Source of the DNA: Terriglobia bacterium
GTDB lineage: Bacteria; Acidobacteriota; Terriglobia; 20CM-2-55-15
Length of the DNA stretch: 64,000 nt
Assembly (NCBI GenBank): GCA_965198225.1
Contig: CBDAOY010000005.1
Coordinates: forward strand, 768,001-832,000
Direction: 5' to 3'
Under the pieces are notes generated by a model. It was not told the DNA's origin. It saw nothing but the letters and a program-made list of their open reading frames with translations, and searched no databases. The position numbers were made by a program, and so were the translations under genes. Below, in pieces: positions 49,039 through 59,304 of the stretch; positions within the stretch are counted from its first letter, which is position 1, and each line of letters begins with the position of its first letter.

Positions 49039-50769
49039 CTAGCCGGCAGCCACGTACCGAGTCTTGCGTGGTGGTCGGTGACGGACACTGCGAAGCGTAG
49101 ACAGGGAGGGAGTAGGCCGGAACACCAGTGAACGGAAAGATAGCCCCGAAATCGAACGTGGTTGAAGTAGCCGACCCTGTCGCTCTAGGGGGAAGGCGGA
49201 CACTCCGAGGTCGGGAGAGCCGATCACATGGGGAAGCGGCCAGCAGAAGTCGACTTCGGATCTTGGGACTCCCGAGCTCAATGCATTCCGGGACACGGGT
49301 CTATGCAACGAGTCGGCTACAACGTCCAGATCGCTGAAACGACACTGAGCACGAACCTGATCGCCGAACAGCAGGTCGGAGTGAGCCAAGGTCTCCGGTT
49401 CTCGGTCACTGCTCGCATCATGTCACGGCGACAGCGGTCGTGGAAGAACCTGTGGCAAGTGCGACGCAGATCGACGGTCGCGGATGTGATGGCTCTACAA
49501 GTATCGAAGACGATTGAGGACTTCGAAGCCGCCGTGGAGCCAATGCTCCTAGTCTGTTCCAGAAGCCCGATATCGGCGCACGGCCAGATTCGGCGGGTGT
49601 ATATCCCCAAGCCCGGCAAGCAGGAGAAACGTCCCCTGGGCGTGCCCTGTGTTCAGCGATCGGGCCCTTCATCGCGCAGCGTGGCCGAGGTATTGGTCGC
49701 GCATCTACGAGCACGTACTTCTTGTCAGTTACTTTGGTGGCCGGCCTGGGCTGGGCGCCCGCAATGCAGAGGCTGCGGTCATGACGCGATTTCCGGATGT
49801 ACCAAGAACACCTATCGGCGCATGGACGCGACTTCGAAGAACTTTTTCGGAAGTTTAGACGATGGATGGCTACTCCGCTTTGTGGAGCATCGAGTCGGAG
49901 ATCCGCGGATCATCAGTCTGATACGACGATGGTTAAAGGCGGGCGTTTTCGAAGACGGGGAATTGCATTCGAACGAAGAGGGAACCCCGCAAGGTGGGTC
50001 GATCAGCGTTCTGCTGAGCAATCTGTACCTGCATTATGTGCTTGACCTGTGGTTTGACCGGATGGTCCGGCCACGCCTGAAGGGTGAAGCGTATCTGGTG
50101 CGGTACATCGACGACTTTGTCGTGTGTTTCCAATATCGGGACGATGCGCTTCGTTTCCAGAACGTTCTGCGCAAGCGACTGGGAAAGTTTGGACTGGTTC
50201 CGGAGCCGACCAAGACGAAGCTCGTCGAATTCGGCCGCTATGCCCAGCGCGATGTCGTCCGGCGCGGGAGAAAACGTCCAGAGACGATCTATTTTCTGGG
50301 CATGACCCTGTACTGTACGCGTAATCGCAAAGGCAATTTTAGAGTGGGACTGCGAACAGAGAAGTCTCGACTTCGACGCAGTCTGGCTCATCTACGCGGC
50401 GTGATGAGGCGAATGCGTCACTTGCCGGTCCGGGAGCAAGTGCACAATCTGAACCGAGTCTTGCGCGGGCACTACGCCTACTATGGCATTGCCGGGAACC
50501 TCCGGGCTCTGCAGCACGTCGCTCGGGCCGTGGAACGTTACTGGCGCCAAATGCTCAGCAGTCGTAGTCGTGCAGGCTTCGTCCGGTGGGAAGTATTCAA
50601 CCGGATTCAGCTGCACTTTCCGTTACAGCGTCCCAAGTTGGCTCTCCGCTATCGGGAGTTCCAGTCTCTCGCTGTGCTGTAAATCCAATTCTGAAGAGCG
50701 CAGTGCGGGAAATCCGCACGCTGCGTTCTGTGGGAGCCGGAGGCGGGCAACTGCCTCCGGCCACCCGGT
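49039..50769 (+). mobile_element. Group II intron B copy 2: 5'-clipped, domain I-III deletion, RT with a scrambled 5' part
   Basis: 49039-49200 matches 44523-44684; from about 49862 identical to copy 1. Confidence 0.85.
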
Positions 50770-51037
50770 GCGACTGGAAACGAAGCCACGGCGAGGAGTG
50801 AGGCACCGGAATCGGCGAAAGCCACCGGCAACAGCTACCCCCTTTGCCTACCGCCACCGCGCCAGTCGTCGACTCTACCCCCCTGCCGGACTCGACCCCT
50901 TCCTACATCGAGGTGGAGCAGCCCCACAATAGCTTCAACGAGTTCGCCTGCGGCGCACTTGGAAAACCGCATCAGATTTTCTGGTTCCCCTCAGTTTCCA
51001 GCTGGAAGCTCAAGCCGCCGGGGGGGGAGCAACGCTG

Positions 51038-51391
51038 TTAATCCAGGAGCGTCGTCTGTTTCTTGGCCGCTGGCTGCGCATAGGTCAGTCCGAAGACGTT
51101 ATCCGTCAGCCATCGCCGGAATTCCTCGTTGTCTGTGAACTGCTTGAAGAGCTGCATGTCGTCGTTGAGCACGGCGGTCATCACGCGCCTCAGAGCTTCG
51201 TCATGTTCGATCCGGGCGTTCTGCCTGTCGGAGTTTTCCCTGGCGTTGCGGTAGGCAGTGTCCTCAGCAACCTTGGCCGGAATCTCCTCCGTAATGAGGC
51301 GGCGGACGCGGTCCTCGTCTTCCCAGGAGATATCCCTGAACTGGTCGTTGAAGGCCTTGAGGATGCTCGAGAGACGGTCGAGTTCAGGTTC
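51038..51391 (-). pseudogene. Type I restriction enzyme HsdR C-terminal fragment
   Basis: EPELDRLSSILKAFNDQF..NSDRQNARIEHDEAL..QLFKQFTDNEEFRRWL. Confidence 0.7.
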
Positions 51392-52663
51392 CGATCGCGG
51401 CGAACACGCATCCGGATCACGACACGATCGCGGCGTTTCGGAAGCGGTTTCTGAAGCAGTTGAAGCCGTTGTTCGTGCAGATTCTTCTGCTGGCGCGGAC
51501 GATGGGATTTTTGAAGCTGGGGAAGATCAGTCTGGATGGGAGCAAGGTCGAGGCGAATGCATCGAAACATAGCGCGTTGAGCTGGGGGCACGCGACGGAG
51601 TTGGAAGAAGAGTTGAAGGCCGAAGTCGCGCGCCTGATGGAGTTGGCGGCGGCGGCCGACGCGGAAGTGCCGGAGGGAATCGACATCCCGGCCGAACTGA
51701 AGCGGCGCGAGGACCGGCTGAAAGCGATCGCCGAGGCGAAAGCGAAGATCGAGGCGCGCGCTGCGGAACGCCATGCGGCCGAGCAGGCCGAGTAGGAGGC
51801 CAAGATGGCCCAACGCAAGGCCCGGGCCAAAGCGACCGGGAAACGGCCGGGAGGCAAGCCGCCGCAACCGCCCCAATCGGGCGTGCGCCCGAACGACCAG
51901 ATCAATCTGACCGACGAGGAATCGCGCATCATGCCGGCGGGCGGGAAGAGTTTCCAGCAAGCCTATAACGTGCAGGCGGGGGTCGACACCGAGACCCTGC
52001 TCATCGTCACCGAATCCGTCACAACGCACGCCAACGACAAACAGGAATCGAACCGGCGCTCGGGACTCTCGATGCACTGCCTCAACCGCTGGGAAAGGTC
52101 GAGGCGATACTGGTCGACAATGGCTACTACAGCGAAGGGAACGTGAAGGCGTGCGAAACGGCCGGCGTGATGCCCTACATCGCCATGGGCCGTGAGCGCC
52201 ATCATCCACCGGTGGAACAGCCTTGGACCGAACCGCCACCGCTGTCGCCCGACGCGAACCCGGTCGACGCCATGGCCCATCGGCTATCGACGATCGAGGG
52301 CCGGGCCGTTTACGCTCAGCGCAAATCCACGGTCGAGCCGGTGTTTGGAATCGTCAAATCCGTGCTGGGATTCCGGCAGTTTCACCTCAGGGGACTCGAC
52401 CCGGTATCCGGTGAATGGACGCTGGTCAGCATCGCCTGGAACCTGAAACGCCTGTTCAATCTCTCCGGGCAGGTCTCCTGCCCGACTGATCCCCGCTCCA
52501 GCCGCCCGTCCGGACGCCAAAAACGCGACTCCGGGCTCCTGCGTGGATCTCCGGCGTCCGAATCCGGCTCTCTCTTGCGACGTCTCAGGTCGATGGTCTC
52601 GTCAATGTTCAATCACACGCTCGGAGACGCGCCGTTGCTACGGTCAAGTCCGACAGGCTGCTA
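51392..52663 (+). pseudogene. IS1182-family transposase, 5'-truncated, with internal stop and frameshift
   Basis: PDHDTIAAFRKR, LDGSK, YNVQAGVD, RKSTVEPVFG; end GACAGGCTGCTAG. Confidence 0.85.
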
Positions 52664-52754
52664 GGGTAAAGTGTTTACCCAAGCAGGAGGGGTAAGGGGT
52701 AACAGCGGGTTACGAAGCGGGGTCCGACACATGGCGTATCCGTCGGTCGACGCA

Positions 52755-53516
52755 CTACCACTGGGCTGGATCCTGCCTGTAGAAACCTCGAAGTTGGTCG
52801 TAGAGTTCCTGGTGACGTCGACGTAATTCGCGGGGACGTTCGAAGAAGCATTCGGTCGCTACCGCAAAGAACTCCGAAGGGCTCTCGGCTCCGTAAGGGT
52901 CGAGTACACTCGGGCGGCCCAGGTCGGCGGCGTTCTGAAGTTCTCCGTATTCGTGCTCGAATACCCGCACCCATTCTCGCCACTTGTCGCGTCCTTCCAG
53001 AGGCGGGGTGCCGTCCCCCGCGCCGGATTCGTCGTCGAGTTGGTGAGCGAACTCGTGGAATACGACGTTTTCTCCTTCCGCAGGGTCATCCGCACCCCGC
53101 CGGACGTCCTTCCAAGAGAGAACCATGGAGCCCCGGTACCAGGATTCGCCTTCGCGCACTTCTGTGCCTTCTTCGACCAGGTAGTCTCCGTGGTGGCGTT
53201 CGCTTGGCGCTTGGTAGGCGTGCGGGTAAACGAGAATGCTTTCCAGTTGCGGGTAATAGTCGGTATTCCGGTGTAGCAGAAGGACCGAGGCATAGGCGGC
53301 GATCGTGACTCGTATGCGATCGTCGAGCTCCAGACCTCCGCAGCCTTCAAAGCGCTTTTCTTCGAGGAAGATCTGGATGTGCCCTCCCAGCTCGTCGCGA
53401 TCCTCTTCGGGAAGCCGCGAGTAGATCGGGAGCGCTTCAAGCACCGAACTCCAGGCCAAGGGAAACGGACTCGCCCGGATCCTCGCGCGCCGCTTATTTC
53501 GAAACCAGCCGAACAT
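52755..53516 (-). CDS. MtfA-like zinc peptidase (M90)
   Basis: NVVFHEFAHQLD, DPYGAESPSEFFAVATECFFERP. Confidence 0.9.
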   Translation of the reverse strand: MFGWFRNKRRARIRASPFPLAWSSVLEALPIYSRLPEEDRDELGGHIQIFLEEKRFEGCGGLELDDRIRVTIAAYASVLLLHRNTDYYPQLESILVYPHAYQAPSERHHGDYLVEEGTEVREGESWYRGSMVLSWKDVRRGADDPAEGENVVFHEFAHQLDDESGAGDGTPPLEGRDKWREWVRVFEHEYGELQNAADLGRPSVLDPYGAESPSEFFAVATECFFERPRELRRRHQELYDQLRGFYRQDPAQW

Positions 53517-53517
53517 A

Positions 53518-53721
53518 TCAATATATCTCCGGATAAATGTCGAAGAATGCTTCGAGACTTTGAGCGAGTTGCTTCTGGATACTGCTCGGGTCTCCGTTAA
53601 GCAAGTGCATGCTGACACGGGCAGTCTTCCCGTTTTTTAACTTAACAACCGCATCCTCGACAGCATCCAGATCCTCAGTTGGCAACAGCCGCAAACCATA
53701 GATCAAAGCCAAATCAGCCAT
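53518..53721 (-). CDS. Small hypothetical protein
   Basis: GAGGAGAAGG RBS; ends 1 nt before the peptidase start. Confidence 0.6.
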   Translation of the reverse strand: MADLALIYGLRLLPTEDLDAVEDAVVKLKNGKTARVSMHLLNGDPSSIQKQLAQSLEAFFDIYPEIY

Positions 53722-54105
53722 ACCTTCTCCTCAATTTCTGCCGACGGTCGCAACGCAATCGACACCCCACCGTCTGGGCTCAAAAAGGTTGTTTAGACTC
53801 GACGGACTTGGGCCTCAGTTCATGCGACCGTCAACATGTCGCCCATTGATGAAGTGGGTGCAGTGGACCGCAGCCATTGGATGCTCAATATGGCGGCCAA
53901 AGTGGTCTGGTTTGTCGCATAGCGGATGTTCCGGTTGATCGACCATATCGTGCGACCTCATTTGCTGGCAGTGAGGACGCCGTAAAACAGCTAGGAGCGC
54001 GTCGATCTATTAGACACTGGCAAGCGGCGCGTTCCAAGGATCTCACGTTTCCAACTTCATATCCCACGGGATTGCGGTCTGAATTGGGGGTAACATAAAG
54101 CGCCT

Positions 54106-56850
54106 ATGATCGCAGTCTTTCTTGCTCTCTTTGCCGGGCTCACAGTCCACCTGCCCCAGTCGGTCGCGGACCTGACGCTCGTCGTTGTCGACGATTCAGG
54201 GAAGGTTGTCTATAAACTTCCGGCGCCCGAACCCGGCGAATACAGCTTCGACCTTGCCGACGGCGCCTACACGATCCGCGCGATGGTTCGAGACACCGTC
54301 CTCGCGTCGGTTCCCGAGATCAAGGTTCCCGAGATCCTGTCGATCGAGGTGACCTTCCCGCAGGGCGCCGGAGCGGCCGAGGCTGCGAACCGGCCCGCTC
54401 CCACAGGTGCGCGTCGCAATCAGAACATCCAGGTCAACCTGGTCGACAACCAGGAGCTGACAGAGTCTCTCGGCCGGCAGGGAGCGCAGGTTTCCCCGAT
54501 CACGGAGTTCAGTGCGGCCCAGGGCAACTACGCCATCGAGCTGGGCGGCATCGGTCGCCAACCGCAGATACTGCGCGCCGCGAGGGCGAGCGGAATGCGC
54601 GGAGAATTCTACGGGACGCACAACAACAACATCCTGAACGCGCGGACGTTCTTCCAGGTGGGGGACGTCAAGCCGTCCCGGCGAAATCAATACGGTTTCC
54701 GCATCGGAGGGCCCCTGGGCTCGGACCGTCTCTCGTTCCTGCTGACGTTGGAGGAGACACGCGAGTCCGGCTTTGTGAACGGGAACGTTCTTGTGCCCAT
54801 GCCGGGCGACCGCACGGCCCTGGCCGAAGACCCGGCGATCCGCGCGCTCATACAGAGTTGGCTCGACGCCTATCCGGTGGAGGCGCCGAACCGGCCCGAG
54901 ATCGACCCGAACCTCCTGAACACCAATGCCCTTCAGGTCGTCCACAACACCGGGGGCTCGTTCCGGATGGACTGGGAAGCGGACCCGGGACGCCGCTTCT
55001 CGGCGCGGTACTCGCTGAACGACAACTTCATCGATTCCTTTGAGTTTGTTGTCGGCCAGAACCCGAATCAACGATTGAAGCCACAGACGGCGAGTTTGGC
55101 GTGGGAGGAGGCGCTTTCCCCCCAGACCACACTGCGGGTCGGCGTGAATTACGTCCGCGCCAACGTCGATGTCCTCGTGCCCCCGGGCTCGGTGGGTCAG
55201 TGGGTTCACTTCGGCCGGGACTTCGAGCATCTTGGCCCCTCATGGGATTTCCCAATTCACCGGGCCGACAACAGCTTCCAGTACCTTGTCGCCGGGGCCA
55301 CTAGTCTTGGCCGCCACCAGTTCGACTGGGGCGCCGAGGTCATCCGGACGCAGGCCAACGAGTTCCAGGCCGACGGATCGCGCGGGATGATGCAGTTCGG
55401 CAACAACTACGGCCGTTCTGCGATCGACAACTTCCGACACGGGGCGCCGTCGCGCTATTCGATCGTGATCGGCGAGCTCTACCGGGGGTTCCGGCGGTGG
55501 GATGTCCACGGGTACGTGAACGACCGGTTCGCGCTGACGCCGAACCTGACCGTGTCGCTCGGGCTGCGTTACGAGTTCGCGGGCAAGCCGACGGAAGTCA
55601 ACAACCTGACCGAGTTCCCCTACGATTCGGACGCGAACAACTTCGCCCCGCGAATCGGCCTGGCCTGGTCGCGCGCGCGGACGGTCGTCCGCGCAGGCTA
55701 CGGCATTGCTTACGGCAGGATATTTCCGGCCACGTACCGCGTCGGACGCCTCAACCCTCCGGCGGTCGTCCGGATCGACGCCAACTTCCCCGATCCGTCC
55801 ACCGCCGACGGCACCGGACCCAACCTGCTGGAGCCTCTGCGGGGTCTCGACGTGAGCGGGGCGAACGCGCGGTCCGCGCTCAATCTGCTCTACCCCGACC
55901 TGGTCACGCCCTACATGCAGCAGTACGCGCTGGAGATCGAACAGGAGCTGGCGGGCGATTTCAAAGTCACGGCGGCGTACGCCGGCAGCCGCATGTGGAA
56001 GCTGATCCGAAACACGCGCTCGAACCGCGCACGGCGCGTCGACGGCGTACCCACGAAAACCAGCACGATCAACCTCCGGCGCCCAGACTCCCGATTCCTC
56101 TCGGTCGGGCAGATGCGGAACGGCGCGCGCGCCTATTTCGATGCGGCGCAGCTGCGCTTCGAGAAGGTCATGGGGCAGGGCTTCTTCCGCGGGACGTACA
56201 CTTTCAGCAAGGCCCTCGATACCGGCGCCGATTTCTCCTCGACGGCTGTCGGGAAGGACGAACAGCGAGCCCAGATCGAGGCTCTGGCCGACATCGATCT
56301 GAAGCAGCACAGCCGCTTCGACGCTCCCCACGCGTTCACACTGGCATACGCCCATCGCCTGCCGCGCTGGCTCGGCGGCCTGACGCTGTCCGGCTCGACG
56401 ATCCTCAAGGACGGCACGCCGTTTAACGTCGAAACCGGGACCGACGCACCGCCGTTCGGCAACGCGGACGGCGAGCGGAGCGACCGCCCGTCGATCCTCG
56501 ATATCAGCATCCTGGGAGCGAGCGTCGACGATCCCGACACGGCGCTCAGCATCCTGCGCCGGGACGCCTTCGACGCGGAAGCCGGGTTCCGAGAAGGCCA
56601 CGGCAACTTGGCCCGGGGGGCGTTCCGGAAGGACGGGACAACGAACTTCAACGTCGGTGTGTCGCGCGCCTTCGCGCTTTCCTCCGATCAGACCCGGACG
56701 CTGCTCATCCGAACCGAGTTGATCAACGCGTTCAACCACCCGCAGTTCGACAGCCCGAACTCGAACCTCACCTCCCCGTCGTTCGGACAGATCACCAACA
56801 CACTGAACGACGGCCGGATCATCCAGGTCCACGTTCGCTTCAGTTTTTAG
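54106..56850 (+). CDS. TonB-dependent receptor (Oar-like)
   Basis: NARTFF, RNQYGF, FAPRIGLAW, NAFNHPQF, terminal RFSF. Confidence 0.9.
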   Translation: MIAVFLALFAGLTVHLPQSVADLTLVVVDDSGKVVYKLPAPEPGEYSFDLADGAYTIRAMVRDTVLASVPEIKVPEILSIEVTFPQGAGAAEAANRPAPTGARRNQNIQVNLVDNQELTESLGRQGAQVSPITEFSAAQGNYAIELGGIGRQPQILRAARASGMRGEFYGTHNNNILNARTFFQVGDVKPSRRNQYGFRIGGPLGSDRLSFLLTLEETRESGFVNGNVLVPMPGDRTALAEDPAIRALIQSWLDAYPVEAPNRPEIDPNLLNTNALQVVHNTGGSFRMDWEADPGRRFSARYSLNDNFIDSFEFVVGQNPNQRLKPQTASLAWEEALSPQTTLRVGVNYVRANVDVLVPPGSVGQWVHFGRDFEHLGPSWDFPIHRADNSFQYLVAGATSLGRHQFDWGAEVIRTQANEFQADGSRGMMQFGNNYGRSAIDNFRHGAPSRYSIVIGELYRGFRRWDVHGYVNDRFALTPNLTVSLGLRYEFAGKPTEVNNLTEFPYDSDANNFAPRIGLAWSRARTVVRAGYGIAYGRIFPATYRVGRLNPPAVVRIDANFPDPSTADGTGPNLLEPLRGLDVSGANARSALNLLYPDLVTPYMQQYALEIEQELAGDFKVTAAYAGSRMWKLIRNTRSNRARRVDGVPTKTSTINLRRPDSRFLSVGQMRNGARAYFDAAQLRFEKVMGQGFFRGTYTFSKALDTGADFSSTAVGKDEQRAQIEALADIDLKQHSRFDAPHAFTLAYAHRLPRWLGGLTLSGSTILKDGTPFNVETGTDAPPFGNADGERSDRPSILDISILGASVDDPDTALSILRRDAFDAEAGFREGHGNLARGAFRKDGTTNFNVGVSRAFALSSDQTRTLLIRTELINAFNHPQFDSPNSNLTSPSFGQITNTLNDGRIIQVHVRFSF

Positions 56851-57312
56851 GAACGCCGCTTCGTCCGCCGGAGCGAGCATCACCGTGACAGGTTCAGCGG
56901 AACCGCAGGCCAGGCCTCGTCGGGAACACTCACTTTTACCGATGCGTCCGGTCAACCGCTGGCTCTACCCATCACCCGAGCCCAACCCTGAGAGGCTAGG
57001 GCGTGTGTGGAACAACGGCCAGCGGATAGCCGTGGCCGGCCGGCAAGGCAGGGGTGCCCACTGGAGAAGCCGCAGTCAAGGCGGCGTGTTGTCGTTCTGG
57101 AGCCGGACAATAGTTACCTGAACCGCCCCGGGTTTTCCGGCGTACTGGTCGTAGAGAATGACGTTGTCCCATTCGATCGGGCTGACGTGCTGGAGCAGGG
57201 TTGCGTCAATGCCTTCCTTGGTGACAGCCCTCGTTCACACCGTCCGCGTGAGTTGCTTGGCTAGCCAATTGGCTTCGAGACGGAAAGAGCATGGCCAGGT
57301 GTCTACCTTTTC

Positions 57313-57936
57313 TTGGACGCCGCCTTGAAAACCGTCGCTTACCTCCGCGTCTCCACTCGTTCGCAGGACCTCGCCAACCAGAAGCTGGCGATCCTCGAGT
57401 TCAGCCAGAAACGCCGATTCCCGATCGACCAATTCATCGAGTCCCGGATCTCGTCGCGCAAGAGTCCGCTCGAGCGCCGCATTGACGAGATGTTGGGGAC
57501 GCTTCAGCCCGGCGACCGTCTGCTGGTCAGCGAGTTGTCGCGGCTCGGCCGCAGCCTCTCTCAGGTGATCCAGCTCGTGGAGACCCTGGTCCGGCGCAAG
57601 ATCCGCTTCATCGCCATCAAGGAGGCGATCGAGTTCGACGGCAAGCAGGACCTGCGGACTAAGGTGATGATCGCGCTGTTCGGATTGTTTGCCGAGGTCG
57701 AGCGGGACCTGATCTCAGAACGGACCAAGGAAGGACTCGCCTCTGCCAAAGCCAAGGGGAAACGGCTCGGCCGACCCAAGGGGGCCTTGGGAACATCCAG
57801 GCTCGACGGCAAGGAGCAAGACATCCGGGCGCTGTTGGGCAAGGATGTCTCCAAGGCCTCGATCGCCAAGATCCTGAACGTCTCCCGCTCCGCCCTCTAC
57901 CACTTTATCGAGACCCGCAAGATCGCTCCGGGCTGA
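57313..57936 (+). CDS. Serine recombinase/resolvase
   Basis: YLRVST, SELSRLGRS, AEVERDLISERTKEG, C-terminal HTH. Confidence 0.9.
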   Translation: MDAALKTVAYLRVSTRSQDLANQKLAILEFSQKRRFPIDQFIESRISSRKSPLERRIDEMLGTLQPGDRLLVSELSRLGRSLSQVIQLVETLVRRKIRFIAIKEAIEFDGKQDLRTKVMIALFGLFAEVERDLISERTKEGLASAKAKGKRLGRPKGALGTSRLDGKEQDIRALLGKDVSKASIAKILNVSRSALYHFIETRKIAPG

Positions 57937-57973
57937 CCCCAAGGCTCGGACCGCACTTATGTTGTATTTCAAC

Positions 57974-58166
57974 GTGCACCGTGAGAAGGCGCCAATCCTC
58001 AGCGGGTGCGAATCCCGCCCGGCAACTGTCGCTCCAGTCGGTAGCAATCGGAGCGGATGGTGGAGGTAACAACATCGTCTGAAGCACTCCGATGACAAAG
58101 GGCCGCCTCGGGCGGCTCAGCGACCACACAGGCCACAACGCGAGTAAACGCCGAGCAGGCCTCGTA
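57974..58166 (+). mobile_element. 5' fragment of a group II intron related to intron A (intron D)
   Basis: Collinear with 42698-42888; broken by IS1111. Confidence 0.85.
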
Positions 58167-59304
58167 TGTGGACGCCCCCCTGGTTGGCAAGCCTGACTTC
58201 GAACCGAGGATCGGTGGCATTCAGGTCAGGTACGGTCGTATGTGCGGCCTCTTGATGCGGCACTTGCTGGCCGCGGGCCCGTATGGTGTTCGTGAGATCG
58301 GATCCAAATCGAAACGACGGGCTCGATGGCCCTTCGAGGCCTACTGGTTTTTCCGATCCCGTCTTGTCGACCGTTTGCCCCTACCTTGTCCGACGTCCTG
58401 CTTGCACTCTCCAGTTGGAACCTCCGTGGCCCGTGTCCATCCGCCCAGGCTGCCAGCCGAACGAGTTCCTCTCTCTTCTCCGCGTTTCTGATCTCGCCGA
58501 CCCTTCTTCGCTCCACTGATCTGACTCGCAACCCTACGCTGTAGCCGCAACGGCCTTTGTCATTCCCCGTGCCCTGTAGCTCTCCACCTTCACCGTCATG
58601 GCCCAGATGATGCGTGCCATCCTGTTGGCCAGAGCCACCGCAACCACCTTCCTCGGCTTTTCGTCCAGCATCCGGCCAAGCCAGGGATCGGGGACCTCCC
58701 TCCGCCGGATGGCACTCGAGATGACCGCCGTCGCCCCCAGGCACAGGAGCCTCCGGATGTCGCGCTGTCCCATCTTTGTGATCCCCCCCAGCCGTTGGCG
58801 ACCACCCGTCGAGGATTCACGCGGCGTGATCCCGACCCATGCCGCAAAGTCACGTCCATTACGGAAGCTCTCCATTGGTGGCGCGAACGCGTGCACCGCC
58901 ATTGCCGTGAGCTCTCCCACCCCTGGGATCGTCATCAGGCGCCCGAGCGCCTCATCTTCCCTCACGATGTGCCGGATCTCCCGGTCCAGCTCATCGATCT
59001 CCGCATCCAGATCGTGGGTCCGCTCGATGAGGCGGCGTATAGCGGGAGGCACCAGCGCCGGGAAACACTCTTCACGCTCCGCGAACACCTCCTCCAGCCT
59101 CCCGACGTTGTGGGTCCCAAGCGGAGCGACGAGTCCGAACTCCGCGAGATGACCCCGCAGCGCGTTGATCGTCTGTGTCCGCTGGTGCACCAGCATTGCC
59201 CGGGCCCGGAACACCACCGATCGTGCCTGCTCCTCCTCGGTCTTCACGGCCACGAACCGCATCGTCGGCCGCTGGGCCGCCTCGACGATCGCTCCCGCGT
59301 CGTT
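58167..59304 (-). mobile_element. IS110/IS1111-family element, 5'-truncated (transposase to 58534; ~370-nt 3' non-coding region)
   Basis: LMTIPGVG, FAAWVGITP.ESSTGG, VAVALANRMAR; sub-terminal GGGGCGTCCACAT. Confidence 0.88.
58170..58530 (-). ncRNA. Putative IS1111 seekRNA/bridge RNA
   Basis: Guide-hairpin-guide loop at 58310-58342 matching both flanks of the target. Confidence 0.7.

Larger units (their letters stand above)
42698..50878 (+). mobile_element. Group II intron A (outer), interrupted between domain V and domain VI
   Basis: 5' GTGCG; DV GAGAGCCGGATGCGGGAAATCTGCATGTCCGGTTC near 44425-44458; DVI 50770-50878 ending GACTCTAC. Confidence 0.9.

Noticed and set aside
46097-50682. Diversity-generating retroelement (RT plus a diverged repeat)
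   Set aside because: Differences are not adenine-specific and trace to IS1182 sequence; the RT is a group II intron maturase flanked by DV/DVI.
54196-56955. Long antisense ORFs (also 428-1576, 16887-17954, 17150-18871, 35001-36002)
   Set aside because: Shadow frames of GC-rich genes with no recognisable motifs.
57119-57140. IS3-like end TGAACCGCCCCGGGTTTTCCGG
   Set aside because: Isolated, with no partner end or transposase nearby.
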